The notes: generated by a model from the sequence alone, not told the origin. Positions 48,603 through 60,756 are shown, counted from the first letter of the stretch. The stretch is DNA of 64,000 nt from Desulfatiglandales bacterium (GCA_963662465.1 OY759599.1:2016001-2080000), one strand, 5' to 3'. Numbers and translations: made by a program.

Positions 48603-49019
48603 TCATTCAATGGCCATAGCCTTGAGGCCCCTTTTTGAAAGATCTCTGTCGAAGGAGTATATCCCTTTCAGATTTTTCTTTTTTGACAACGCCAATAAAT
48701 AGGCATCAACAAGGTCGATTTTTTCGGTTTGGAGTATTTCAAAACAGGATAGAATAAGGGGCTTATCATGCATGATGATACCCATAAACGATACGATGTC
48801 CGACAGCTTTTCGGCAGCCTCATTTTGGGGCACTCGATAAAATTTCGTGAGTACAAAAAATGCTTCGAACAACACAAGTTCACACAACGCTACGTTTCGC
48901 TCTCCACTTTCCACTTTTGGAAAAAAAGTAAAAACCCCTCTAAATTTCATGTGAACTTTTTCTGGATCTTCCACGAGATAACGGATGATGACATTTGTGT
49001 CAATTAGACTAATTTCCAC
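48603..49019 (-). CDS. PIN-domain (VapC-like) toxin
   Basis: IDTNVIIRYL, VLFE, DLVDAY and YSFD acidic tetrad; overlaps the upstream antitoxin gene. Confidence 0.88.
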   Translation of the reverse strand: MEISLIDTNVIIRYLVEDPEKVHMKFRGVFTFFPKVESGERNVALCELVLFEAFFVLTKFYRVPQNEAAEKLSDIVSFMGIIMHDKPLILSCFEILQTEKIDLVDAYLLALSKKKNLKGIYSFDRDLSKRGLKAMAIE

Positions 49020-49269
49020 GGACAATTCCTTCCGCAAGTGCCTCTTTCATTTCTTGCTTTGAGGGGAACCGCCGTTTTTGTTTGTATTTTGAAAGAGAAC
49101 CAGCCAGTTTAGCGGATTTCATTCCGCCTGCCTTTTTCAGCGTTAGGCTTTTTTCACGTCTATCCACGATAACATCCAGCATATCACCAATCTCAATATC
49201 GAACTCTTTTCGGACGTCAACCGGGATCACCACTTGACCCTTATCAAATATCTCAATCAGCATCTTCAT
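49009..49269 (-). CDS. AbrB/MazE-family antitoxin
   Basis: KGQVVIPVDVRKEFDIEIGD motif. Confidence 0.9.
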   Translation of the reverse strand: MKMLIEIFDKGQVVIPVDVRKEFDIEIGDMLDVIVDRREKSLTLKKAGGMKSAKLAGSLSKYKQKRRFPSKQEMKEALAEGIVRGN

Positions 49270-49369
49270 TACCCCCCTCGACCTATTTTGCTTGCTCCAG
49301 TACGAAATATACCGAATCCTCTGAAGTTGTCAAAAAAGAACTGCCCCAAATTGCTATCCAATCCTGTTT

Positions 49370-49900
49370 TTAAGCGACTTTGCTGTCCCGCGGTTCCGGC
49401 CACCAGCGCCGGCCGGTGATTTTTTTCTGTAGTTCAAACAGACCTTCCAGGAGTGCTTCGGGTCGGGCCGGGCATCCGGGGACATAAACGTCCACGGGGA
49501 TGATTTTGTCCACGCCCTCCACCACCGAATATTGCCCCGGAAATTTGAAGGGTCCCCCGGATATAGCGCAGTTTCCCATGGCAATCACCCATTTGGGCGC
49601 AGGCATCTGTTCGTAAAGGCGCAAAATGGCGGGGGCCAGTTTGTGGGTGACGGTGCCGGCCACAATCATCAAATCCGACTGCCTGGGGGATGCACGAAAT
49701 ACCTCGGCCCCGAATCGTGCCAGATCATAGCGCGCCATGCCCGCGGCCATCATCTCGATGGCGCAACAGGCCAGCCCGAAAGTCATGGGCCACAGGGACA
49801 TGGACCTGCAAACATCCTTCAGCTTCTCCGCCAGCTCAAGACGAACAATGGGAGGGGTCCAGGGTTCGGGGCTTTGCGTCACGAAATTTTCCGGGGCCAC
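49370..49900 (-). CDS. nuoB: NADH-quinone oxidoreductase subunit B
   Basis: [20 protein letters not shown] and VPGCP motifs. Confidence 0.96.
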   Translation of the reverse strand: MAPENFVTQSPEPWTPPIVRLELAEKLKDVCRSMSLWPMTFGLACCAIEMMAAGMARYDLARFGAEVFRASPRQSDLMIVAGTVTHKLAPAILRLYEQMPAPKWVIAMGNCAISGGPFKFPGQYSVVEGVDKIIPVDVYVPGCPARPEALLEGLFELQKKITGRRWWPEPRDSKVA

Positions 49901-50256
49901 TTAAAGACTCCTTTTGCATGAAAAAACAGAACCGCCAGGGCCAATACCAAGAGAAAAACGAATACCTTGAAAAATGCGGCAATACCAATGGTCTGAGAAT
50001 AGAAAAGGGCCACGGGAAAGAGGTAGAGAACATCCACCTCAAAGGCCAGAAAGATGAGGGCATAAATGGCGTAATTGATATGAAAACGGATTCGGGCGTC
50101 GGCAAGGGAGCGCATGCCGCATTCGTAGGCCATGCCCATTTGTTTATCCCTTGCTCGGGGCGAGAGAAAAAAAGCGCCGGTCAGGGCGCCCGCGGCCATG
50201 AGAAAACCCACTAAGAAAAAGAGGAGGATCGATATGTGTAACCAGTTAAAGACCAT
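49879..50256 (-). CDS. nuoA: NADH-quinone oxidoreductase subunit A
   Basis: YECG, FEVD and KGVFKW motifs; start placed at MVFNW. Confidence 0.93.
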   Translation of the reverse strand: MVFNWLHISILLFFLVGFLMAAGALTGAFFLSPRARDKQMGMAYECGMRSLADARIRFHINYAIYALIFLAFEVDVLYLFPVALFYSQTIGIAAFFKVFVFLLVLALAVLFFHAKGVFKWPRKIS

Positions 50257-50469
50257 TGAGAACCCAAGTTTCTTATTCTGTTGACCGGGATGGAATCGAT
50301 ACGCGCTATCATACCAAGAAATGCGATGGTTGCAAGAAATAATTTGCGCTTGCTTTAAGGGTTGACAAAAAGCGGCCTTTTCGTGATATCCTCTATTTAA
50401 CATCCTGAAAAACCAATAAGGCTTCGAAATAAAATCCGTTTACCATTGTTAAAGCGTAAGGGAACCGCC

Positions 50470-51021
50470 ATGCCGCTTGCATCCCGGAAACAGCAGTTTT
50501 ATACTTACCGCAATTATTTGACCTGGCCGGATGGATTCAGGGCCGAGTTGCTGGATGGCGCCATTTTTGACATGAGTCCGGCGCCGACGCGCCGGCATCA
50601 ACAGGTTTCAGGGGAGCTTTTCAAACAGATTGCGGTTTTTCTGACTGGAAAACCATGTGAAGCGTATGCCGCGCCCTTTGATGTCCGGCTGCCCGATGAA
50701 GAAGAACCGGACGATGAAGTGCGAACCGTTGTCCAACCGGATATTCTGGTGGTCTGCGACCAGGCCAAACTGGATGAACGAGGATGCCGGGGCGCCCCTG
50801 ACCTTGTCGTGGAAATCGTCTCACCTGCTACCGCCGCCAGGGACCAGATTCACAAGGTCCATATTTATGAAAAGGCCGGCGTTCGAGAATACTGGATTAT
50901 CCATCCTATCGACAAGCTGGTAACCCTGCGCCGTCTCGGTTCGTCAGGCCACTACGATATTCCGAGACTGATTGAAGGAAAGGGTGTGTTGGAAATCAGT
51001 GTTCTGCGGGGCTTGTCATAG
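50470..51021 (+). CDS. Uma2-family endonuclease-fold protein, C-terminus apparently frameshifted
   Basis: ELLDG, MSPAP..HQ, VQPD, GAPDLVVEIVSP and YEKAGVREYW motifs. Confidence 0.9.
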   Translation: MPLASRKQQFYTYRNYLTWPDGFRAELLDGAIFDMSPAPTRRHQQVSGELFKQIAVFLTGKPCEAYAAPFDVRLPDEEEPDDEVRTVVQPDILVVCDQAKLDERGCRGAPDLVVEIVSPATAARDQIHKVHIYEKAGVREYWIIHPIDKLVTLRRLGSSGHYDIPRLIEGKGVLEISVLRGLS

Positions 51022-51067
51022 ATCTCGATGCCGTCTTCGACGGTTCTTGAACGAGGGGTCATCTATT

Positions 51068-52089
51068 ATGGGTATCGTGTGCGCGTTGCTCCTTGTCATG
51101 GGCCTTGTCCTGATCCCCTGGGTCGGGGTTCAGGGGTTGGGCCTGGCCTATCTCTTCGGCGTTCTGATCCCCTACGCCGCCATAATCATTTTTTTTGTCG
51201 GTGTTCTGGCCCGTTTACTCAAGTGGGCACGTATTCCCAATCCCTTTGTCATCCCCACCACCGGCGGCCAGCAGAAGAGTCTGAACTGGATCAAACCCGC
51301 AAGAATAGATAACCCGTTTACCCGGGTCCAGACCATTGGCCGACTCTTTTCCGAAGTTTTCCTGTTCAGGAGCCTTTTTCGGAATCTCTCTCCCAGAATC
51401 GAAAGCCGGCAACCCACACTGACCTTTGCCTCAGCCAAATGGCTCTGGCTCTTTGCCATTCTGTTTCATTATGCCATGTTTGCAACGGTTTTCAGGCACT
51501 TGCGGTTTTTCACCAACCCCGTGCCATGGCCCGTGAAAATGGCGGAAGCCCTGGACGGGTGGCTGGAAGTGGGGATTCCGGAGATCCTGGTGAGTGGACT
51601 GGTCTTGCTGACGGCACTCAGCCTGCTCCTGGCCCGGCGATTGTTGATGCCGAGACTGCGATACATTTCGCTTTTAAACGACTATTTCCCTCTTTTTCTG
51701 CTGATCGCTATCGCCGGTACAGGCGCCCTCATGCGCTATGTGGTGGGAATCGACGCCATCAGCGCCAAGCAACTGGCCATGGGTCTTATTTCCTTTAATC
51801 CCTTGATTCCCCAGGGAATCGGCCCTCTTTTTTTCGTGCATCTCTTTCTGGTCTGCACCCTCCTGGCATACTTTCCCTTCAGCAAATTGATGCATGCGGG
51901 GGGCATTTTCTTTTCCCCCACCCGAACCATGCCCAACAACAGCCGGGCCGTATATCATGAAAACCCCTGGAACTACCCGGTCAAATTCCATACCTACCAG
52001 GCCTATGAAACGGAATTTCACGATAAAATGGTGGAAGCGGGCATCCCCTTGGGCTCGGCCACGCCCCCTGTGAACGGAAAGGATATCTC

Positions 52090-52093
<4 letters not shown>
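51068..52093 (+). CDS. dsrM: DsrM membrane cytochrome b
   Basis: IPTTGGQQKSL, FRSLFRN, FH..RHLR and YFPFSKLMH motifs. Confidence 0.93.
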
Positions 52094-53750
<1,657 letters not shown>

Positions 53751-53751
<1 letters not shown>

Positions 53752-54146
53752 TGCACGGTAAGGCCTGGGTAATTTCGGGAATGATTTTTTTTGCCGCATT
53801 GGCGGCCTTTCCCTTTTACTGGCATTCCATAGGTCAAAGCAAACCCTTCCCGCAACTGGAAATGCCGGGAAAGGCCAAAAAATGTATCGAGTCCACAGAC
53901 TTCATGCGGGCGGATCATATGCGCCTGCTGGACGCCTGGCGGGTTTCGGTGGTGCGGGATGATCTGCTCATGTACACGGCTTCAAACGGAAAAAGCTATG
54001 AAATGAACCTTCACAAAACATGCCTGGGGTGCCATGTCTCCACCGCCAAATTCTGCGATCGGTGCCATGAATACAATGACGTAAAGCCACCCTGCTGGGA
54101 TTGCCATGTGGCGCCGGATTTAACTGAAAAAGGGGACCGATTATGA
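53751..54146 (+). CDS. dsrJ: DsrJ triheme cytochrome c
   Basis: CLGCH, CDRCH, CWDCH plus C...MRADHM. Confidence 0.93.
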
Positions 54147-54913
54147 CCCTGTCCCGCCGAAAATTTTTAAAAACAGCATCCGCCGCGGCCCTGACGGTAG
54201 CGACGGGACCCGCCATCAGCCATGGGTTTGATCTCCCCGGCCGCATATCCCCGGGCCCTAATGCCCTTAAAGCCAAACGGTGGGCCATGGTGGTGGACAT
54301 GAGCAAGTGCGATGGCGAGTGTGCGGAAAATTGCATCGGCGCGTGCCACGAAATCCACAATGTTCCCTTCATCCCCAAAGCCGAACACCAGGTCATGTGG
54401 CTGTTTCAGGAGCCCTATGAAAACACCTTCCCGGAACGGGCACATGAACTTATTTCCAACCCGCTCAAGAATCGGAAATTTTTCCTGTTGTGCAACCATT
54501 GCGATGACCCGCCCTGCGTGCGGGCCTGCCCCACCCAGGCCACCTTTAAGCGGGAAAAAGACGGCATCGTCATGATTGATTACCACCGCTGCATCGGATG
54601 TCGATTTTGCATGGCCGCCTGCCCCTATGGGTCCCGAAGTTTCAATTTCCGGGACCCCCGGCCCTATATCAAAAAGATTCATCCGGAGTTCCCCACCCGG
54701 CGCAAAGGGGTGGTGGAAAAATGCAACTTCTGCCAGGAACGACTGGCAGTGGGTCAAATGCCCGCCTGCGTGGAGGCCTGTAAAAAAGGCGCCCTGGTCT
54801 TTGGAGATCTGGGAGATCCGTCGTCTGAAATTCGTCAAATTCTGGCGGAAAAGCCTCACGTGAGACGCAAGCCGGATCTGGGCACCCGTCCATCGGTTTT
54901 TTACATTCTATGA
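54143..54913 (+). CDS. dsrO: DsrO periplasmic ferredoxin-like protein
   Basis: Tat motif SRRKFLK; CNHCDDPPC, CIGCRFCMAACP and EKCNFC motifs. Confidence 0.93.
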   Translation: MTLSRRKFLKTASAAALTVATGPAISHGFDLPGRISPGPNALKAKRWAMVVDMSKCDGECAENCIGACHEIHNVPFIPKAEHQVMWLFQEPYENTFPERAHELISNPLKNRKFFLLCNHCDDPPCVRACPTQATFKREKDGIVMIDYHRCIGCRFCMAACPYGSRSFNFRDPRPYIKKIHPEFPTRRKGVVEKCNFCQERLAVGQMPACVEACKKGALVFGDLGDPSSEIRQILAEKPHVRRKPDLGTRPSVFYIL

Positions 54914-54923
54914 GAGGTTCATC

Positions 54924-56084
54924 ATGATTGAAAAAGCCCTTCACGGGGGAAAAGGCTACTGGATATGGATCATTTTCCTGGCGGCAGGCGTCGGGGCGGG
55001 TCTTTGGGCCTATCTGTACCAGCTGCATGAGGGCCTTTGGCTTACGGGCATGAGCCGGAACGTTTCCTGGGGCTTTTACATCTCTCAGTTTACCTTCCTG
55101 GTGGGGGTGGCAGCCTCGGTACTCATGGTGGTGCTGCCCCTTTATCTTCATGATTTCAAAGCCTTTGCCCCCATCACAGCCCTGGCCCAGTTTTTAACGG
55201 TGGGAACTCTTGCCATGAGCCTGCTCTTTATCTTTTCCGATGTGGGCATGCCCATGCGCATTTTGAACGTCCCCCTGAACCCCACCCCCGGGTCCATGCT
55301 CTTTTATGATACCATCTTTCTACCGGGATTCATGCTGCTCAATCTGGTGATCGGCTGGACCGCCGTGGGCGCGGAGAAACGGGAGACGCCGCTGCCGGGA
55401 TGGATTAAGGGCCTGATTTATGTCTCCTTTCCCTGGGCCATAATCATGCACACCGTTACTGCATTCATCTACGCCGGCACCCCAGGGCGGGGATTCTGGA
55501 TGACAGCCATCATGGCGCCCCGCTTCTTGACCACGGCCTTTGCCGCGGGAACGGCCCTTCTGATCATTATTTCCATGGTACTGAAAACCCTGACCCGGTT
55601 TGACGCAGGAGAAAAAGCGCTTTCAAAACTCGTCACCCTTCTCCTCTATTCCCTGATCATCGACGCCTTTTTTCTGGCCGTGGAATATTTCACGGCCTTT
55701 TACAGCCATGTACCGGCTTACAGTGAAACCTTTCGGTATCTTTTTTTCGGGATTGACGGCAATAACGCCTTTGTGCCCTGGTTCTGGAGCATGAACCTGA
55801 CCCTCCTGGCCGCTATTTTGCTGCTGGCCATTCCGGGTGTAAGAGCGAGCCGTTCCCGTCTGGCCGCTGCCTCCATCATCGCCCTTGCGGGTCTCTGGAT
55901 CGACAAGGGGTTTCTGCTGGTGCCGGCGGCCTTTATTCCCAACGTTTTCGGCCGGATTATGGAATACCCACCCTCATGGGTGGAATTGACCGTCTCCTTT
56001 GGCATCTATTGTTTGGGTACGCTGATGATCACGGCCTTCTATAAAGTGGCTATTGTCGTAAAGCATCAAACCCATATATCCTGA
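54924..56084 (+). CDS. dsrP: DsrP (NrfD/PsrC family) membrane protein
   Basis: TGMSRNVSWG.YI..FTFLVGVAAS, HTVTAF and IDKG motifs. Confidence 0.93.
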   Translation: MIEKALHGGKGYWIWIIFLAAGVGAGLWAYLYQLHEGLWLTGMSRNVSWGFYISQFTFLVGVAASVLMVVLPLYLHDFKAFAPITALAQFLTVGTLAMSLLFIFSDVGMPMRILNVPLNPTPGSMLFYDTIFLPGFMLLNLVIGWTAVGAEKRETPLPGWIKGLIYVSFPWAIIMHTVTAFIYAGTPGRGFWMTAIMAPRFLTTAFAAGTALLIIISMVLKTLTRFDAGEKALSKLVTLLLYSLIIDAFFLAVEYFTAFYSHVPAYSETFRYLFFGIDGNNAFVPWFWSMNLTLLAAILLLAIPGVRASRSRLAAASIIALAGLWIDKGFLLVPAAFIPNVFGRIMEYPPSWVELTVSFGIYCLGTLMITAFYKVAIVVKHQTHIS

Positions 56085-56567
56085 ATGGTCAATAATTCCT
56101 ATCCCATTACCGTCAGACCCGCTCAAAAGACTGATGTAGATTTTATCCGAGCATTGAGCGGTATCTTTGACCAATACGGCTCCTATGAAGAGATACTGCC
56201 GCAATGGTTCCTATCGGGTATTGCACTAACCCTGCTGGCTGTGGTAAATGAAGAACCTGCAGGCTACATTATGTTGGGAATGGATGAGGGACGGCATGAA
56301 CCTCTAAGCGTAGCGGAACTGCTGGCCATTGCCGTCACACCCACCCATTGTCATTGCGGCGTGGGAGACCGTTTGATGGAGGCGGTGATCAAAATGGCGG
56401 AAGACGCCGGGGTAAACATCATGATTCTCTACACAGGCGTCCACAACCTGCATGCGCAGGCCCTTTTTGAAAAACACGGGTTTTCGTCAATAGGTGTAAA
56501 GAAAAAATTTTACGAAGAGGGGCAAAACGCCCTGATGATGCAAAAAGAGATAAGGAGAAAAAAATGA
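56085..56567 (+). CDS. GNAT (RimI-like) acetyltransferase
   Basis: IAV.P....GVG..LM and N..A..LFEKHGF motifs. Confidence 0.85.
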   Translation: MVNNSYPITVRPAQKTDVDFIRALSGIFDQYGSYEEILPQWFLSGIALTLLAVVNEEPAGYIMLGMDEGRHEPLSVAELLAIAVTPTHCHCGVGDRLMEAVIKMAEDAGVNIMILYTGVHNLHAQALFEKHGFSSIGVKKKFYEEGQNALMMQKEIRRKK

Positions 56568-56605
56568 AATTTTCCAAAACGTTGTTGAGTATTAAGGAAG
56601 AAAAA

Positions 56606-57004
56606 ATGAAATTTTTCAAAATGTTGTTGGGTATTTGCGAAACGATCCCCCCTGCCGATGGGGGATGCTGGCGTTATTCGGATGGAAAAATCGAGGTTCA
56701 CCTGAACCGTTCCCCGGAGCTGGAGGACAAAGGCGGCGCCGTCCGTCTGGAAGGAAACGGGTCTCCTGAAAGAGTTTTGCTCATCCATGACCGGGATGGT
56801 CAATTCCGTGCCTACAAAAACCGCTGCACCCATGCCGGGCGGAGAATCGATACCTATGATGAAACCAAATTATTGAAATGCTGCAGCGTTTTCCAATCAG
56901 TCTTTGATTATGAGGGAAACGTGGTTTCGGGAGCGGCCAAAAAACCGTTGACCCAGTATAAGGTTGTGCAGAAAGACGGGATGTTGACGGTTTTTGTTAA
57001 TTGA
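56606..57004 (+). CDS. Rieske-like ferredoxin
   Basis: NRCTHAG first motif; second motif reads KCCSVFQSVFD..G.V..GAA..PL; alternative in-frame start at 56564. Confidence 0.75.
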   Translation: MKFFKMLLGICETIPPADGGCWRYSDGKIEVHLNRSPELEDKGGAVRLEGNGSPERVLLIHDRDGQFRAYKNRCTHAGRRIDTYDETKLLKCCSVFQSVFDYEGNVVSGAAKKPLTQYKVVQKDGMLTVFVN

Positions 57005-57087
57005 GTTCATCAGCCTCTCTTGCATTTGCCGCATGGGTTTAGTAAAAGGAAACCTTTTCTTTTTGGAACGCTGTTTCAGGGGTTTCC

Positions 57088-60000
57088 ATGAATTCGGGCA
57101 GAAAAGTTTTATTTTGGATTGGGGGAGTAGTGGGCGTCCTCCTGCTCTTGGCGTGCGTGTTGCTGGCAGCGATGCCCCTGCTCATAAACCTGGATGCCGT
57201 ACATGGAAAGATTGAAGCCCGTTTCCACAGCGAAACAGGCGGACAAGTCACATTCCGGAAACTCGATCTTTTGTTTCTTCCCCGGCCCCATGCGGTGATG
57301 CGTGGGGGAAGCCTTTCTTTTCCCGACCGGACAACCCTGGTCTTTGAAGCTTTAACGGTCTATCCAAAGCTTCTGCCATTGCTTAAAGGAGACATTCGTC
57401 CGGCGCGGGTTCAGATCTCTTCTCCCCGGATGACCGTAGCGCTCTCCCCTGCTAAAAGCGACAAGAAGAACGCATTTCCGTTTTGTGTCACTGATGGGCA
57501 ACCCGAAATCCCCCCAGCATTCCAGTGGCTTAAAAAGACCGAAGGCCTTGTGATCCAGGTGAATAACGGTCTCTTGAATCTTACCGCCACGGAAAAACAA
57601 TCGATTCAGTTCAGCAAAATTGACGTTTCGATCGACAACGCAAAAGGACGTTTAAACTTTGAATTGACCTGCGCCGCCAACCTTTTCAATCGGTTGATCT
57701 TGAAGGGACAACTGGACCCGACGTCCCTTAAAATATGCGGAACCCTGTCCCTGAAAAATTTGATGCTTCAGGAATTATCGGACCAAATAAAACTTCCGGA
57801 CTCAATGTCCCTCTCAGATGGCGCCATGGACCTGGAAATGGATTTTGATACGGTGGGGTTTCAAAACCTCAACACCACAATGCGGGCCTCTGCCCCATCC
57901 TTGGGCTTATCACGCGGGCAAAGAAACATTACCGTAAAAGGCGCCCGAATTAATGGCAGTATCCATTTGGGCGAGGGTTTCCTTGAGGCCTCCTTGTCTG
58001 ACATGACCCTGGATTATCCTCAACTGGGGCTGTCCGGAAAATTCAAAATGGAAAAGGACACGCCCCTTGTACGCATGCACCTTGAGGGAAAGGCCATTGA
58101 TGTGGCCGCCACCCGTTCCTGCGCCCTTGCTTTCGCCGGGGATATCCCCGCCGTTAACAACATATTTGCAGTTGTCATAGATGGGCATCTCCCCTTTATA
58201 TCGGTGGATGCCCATGGAAATGTGGCGGATTTAAGTACACTGGATCGGTACACCATCAGGGGCAATCTACAAAAAGGGCGCATTTCCCTGCCGAATCAGG
58301 GCTTGGACCTGACGAATGTAGAAGGCGGCGCGCTGATTTCAAAGGGAATTCTCAACGGGCAAAGACTTCGCGCAACCATAGGGGATATCAAAGGAAAAGA
58401 GGGAATGCTGACGGTAGCGCTGACACAGGGCGCCACTCCTTTTCACCTGGATATTCAGGTGGATGGGGATCTGGCCGAGGTTCATCCCATTTTGAAACGG
58501 CTGGTTAAAACAGGTGCGTTTGCCGAAGATCTTCGTGATATCCATTCAATAGAAGGACAGGCAACGGCGACCCTGCGTCTTGATGAAACGGAAAGCGGCC
58601 TTCTGGTGGATGTGGACGCTTCATCATGCCGTCTGAAAGCCGCTTACCGGTCTCTTCCATTTCCCGTGATTGTGGAGAAAGGCGAAATTCATTACCGTCA
58701 AAATCATGTCAGGTTACGCAATGTGGCGGGCGCCTATGGTCAATCGAATTTTTTCCTCGCATCAGGCCTTTTTGATTGGCAAAATGAGCCTCGAATAAAA
58801 ATCGAGTCCGCAACAGGCATCGTTTTTCCGGAAGAGGTCCATCCACTACTTTCCGTCGGGGAAGAAACGACCCCATGGCTGAAAAAGATTTCAGACATCA
58901 AAGGCCGGGTATCCGTTCATGCCCTGGACTTGAAAGGACCGCTGATGAACCCGGTCGCCTGGCAATACCAAACTGATTTGGAAGTGGAGGACTTTTCCCT
59001 GAACGCGGCGTTTTTGCCGTCCCCCGTAAGCATTTCAACGGCACGGGTAAAAGCCCGGACTGGAGGGGTCGATTTCCGGGATGCCGAAATTAATATTCTG
59101 GATGCAGACCTGAGTATGACCGGGAAATTAGAAGGTCCCCTGATGGCCCTGGAAAAGGTCGACGCCACCCTGTCGGGAAACCTGGGGGCAAAAGCGATTC
59201 AATATCTCTATGAAACCCTGGAACTGCCAGGGGATTTCATGGTGCAAACGCCCATGACGGTTCACTCGGGACGCGCCATCTGGGAAAAAGACGCCGGAAT
59301 GTCCTTTGATGGGAACCTGTTTTTTCCCAATGGACCGAACGTGACCCTGGACGTTTTTTATGAGCCGGACAACCTGAATATTCGAAAACTGACGGTGACG
59401 GACGAAACGTCAAAGGCTTCACTTGAATTTCTGGTTCGTGAGAATCTGGTGAATATTGCTTTTGCCGGAATATTGCAAAAAGCGGCACTGGATGGGCTGT
59501 TTGAAAAAAATCAATTTTTGAAGGGTTGGATCCAAGGCGAAATGAATGCCAGGGTGTTTCCCGAACAATCATTCAGTGCCTCAGCGGAAGGTGTCCTCAC
59601 CGGAAAAGACATTCCGATTTATGGCCTGGCGCTGCCCATAAAAATTAAAGACTTTTCGTTAAGCGCGGAAGGACCGCAGCTCCGTGTTGCATCGGCCCGC
59701 ATGGTTTTGGGTGAAAACACACTGTCCATGAGTGGGAAGGCTGATTTTTCGCCGGGAGACCCCCAATTTGACGTGGATGTTTCCACTGAAAATGTTGACA
59801 TGGACAAAGTGCTGAAGTTCCTGAAAGAAACGGATGAAAGCGCGGGGAATGGGGGTGACCCATGGGTTCTGCCCGTGCGGGGAACAGCGCATTTGATGTG
59901 GGACAGTTTAAAAATCGGAGGGTACACATGGCATCCCTTTCAAGGTGAAATTACCGTGGCCCCTGAAGAGGTTCGAGTTTCCGTTGAAAACGCCCAGCTC

Positions 60001-60735
60001 TGTGGTATTTCAAACCCCGGCGTCTTGCGTATTACACCCGATGGCATTCAGATGGACTTTCAATTGAGGGCGGAAAAACGTAATCTGAACCAATGTATAA
60101 CCTGCCTGAGTCACGAAAGGGTGATTGCCGAGGGGACCTTCGACCTGGAAGGACAAATCCAGGGGAACGGAACTTGGGAGAATTTACTTGAAAATCTGAA
60201 GGGCCCTCTTGTTTTTACCACCGTCAATGGGAAGGTTAAACAGGATCCGGCACTGGCACGGGTGCTTTCGCTCTTGAATGTTACGGATATCTTCAAAGGC
60301 AAGCTTCCGACCCTTAAAAATGAAGGCCTTTTCTACGATTTAATACGGATTAAGGCAAACCTTCAAGATGGAAAAATTCGTATCCATGAAGGTCTCATGA
60401 ACAGTTCCGCCATGGACCTTGTTTTTAAAGGGGATATCGATGCGTTGAATGACCGGATAAATCTCATGATGCTGGCTTCCCCTTTTACCATGACGGATCG
60501 CTTGATCAGGCTTATTCCGGTGGCGGGTTACATTCTCGGGGGAACGTTGATTTCCGTTCCCGTCAAAGTCGACGGTCCCATGGCTGATCCGAAAGTCCGC
60601 ATTCTCCCCCTGTCGGAGATTGGATTGGGAATGTGGGGCATTATGAAAAGAACCCTTGAAACACCGGTCAAGATCATGGAACCGTTTGTGGGAGAGGAAC
60701 AAAAAGACAAAGAGAATGAAGTGAAATTCTGGTAA
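57088..60735 (+). CDS. AsmA-like / YhdP-type beta-rich envelope protein
   Basis: N-terminal TM helix, long beta-rich body, AsmA-type C-terminus (LIPVAGYILGG...KVDGPMADPKV). Confidence 0.8.
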   Translation: MNSGRKVLFWIGGVVGVLLLLACVLLAAMPLLINLDAVHGKIEARFHSETGGQVTFRKLDLLFLPRPHAVMRGGSLSFPDRTTLVFEALTVYPKLLPLLKGDIRPARVQISSPRMTVALSPAKSDKKNAFPFCVTDGQPEIPPAFQWLKKTEGLVIQVNNGLLNLTATEKQSIQFSKIDVSIDNAKGRLNFELTCAANLFNRLILKGQLDPTSLKICGTLSLKNLMLQELSDQIKLPDSMSLSDGAMDLEMDFDTVGFQNLNTTMRASAPSLGLSRGQRNITVKGARINGSIHLGEGFLEASLSDMTLDYPQLGLSGKFKMEKDTPLVRMHLEGKAIDVAATRSCALAFAGDIPAVNNIFAVVIDGHLPFISVDAHGNVADLSTLDRYTIRGNLQKGRISLPNQGLDLTNVEGGALISKGILNGQRLRATIGDIKGKEGMLTVALTQGATPFHLDIQVDGDLAEVHPILKRLVKTGAFAEDLRDIHSIEGQATATLRLDETESGLLVDVDASSCRLKAAYRSLPFPVIVEKGEIHYRQNHVRLRNVAGAYGQSNFFLASGLFDWQNEPRIKIESATGIVFPEEVHPLLSVGEETTPWLKKISDIKGRVSVHALDLKGPLMNPVAWQYQTDLEVEDFSLNAAFLPSPVSISTARVKARTGGVDFRDAEINILDADLSMTGKLEGPLMALEKVDATLSGNLGAKAIQYLYETLELPGDFMVQTPMTVHSGRAIWEKDAGMSFDGNLFFPNGPNVTLDVFYEPDNLNIRKLTVTDETSKASLEFLVRENLVNIAFAGILQKAALDGLFEKNQFLKGWIQGEMNARVFPEQSFSASAEGVLTGKDIPIYGLALPIKIKDFSLSAEGPQLRVASARMVLGENTLSMSGKADFSPGDPQFDVDVSTENVDMDKVLKFLKETDESAGNGGDPWVLPVRGTAHLMWDSLKIGGYTWHPFQGEITVAPEEVRVSVENAQLCGISNPGVLRITPDGIQMDFQLRAEKRNLNQCITCLSHERVIAEGTFDLEGQIQGNGTWENLLENLKGPLVFTTVNGKVKQDPALARVLSLLNVTDIFKGKLPTLKNEGLFYDLIRIKANLQDGKIRIHEGLMNSSAMDLVFKGDIDALNDRINLMMLASPFTMTDRLIRLIPVAGYILGGTLISVPVKVDGPMADPKVRILPLSEIGLGMWGIMKRTLETPVKIMEPFVGEEQKDKENEVKFW

Positions 60736-60756
60736 GGTTTTGGGTGAATAATTTTT

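Noticed and set aside
46908..49900. Group 4 [NiFe]-hydrogenase instead of NuoBCD
   Set aside because: The large subunit lacks both CxxC Ni-binding motifs (RVDY and EIDR instead) and no maturation genes are present.
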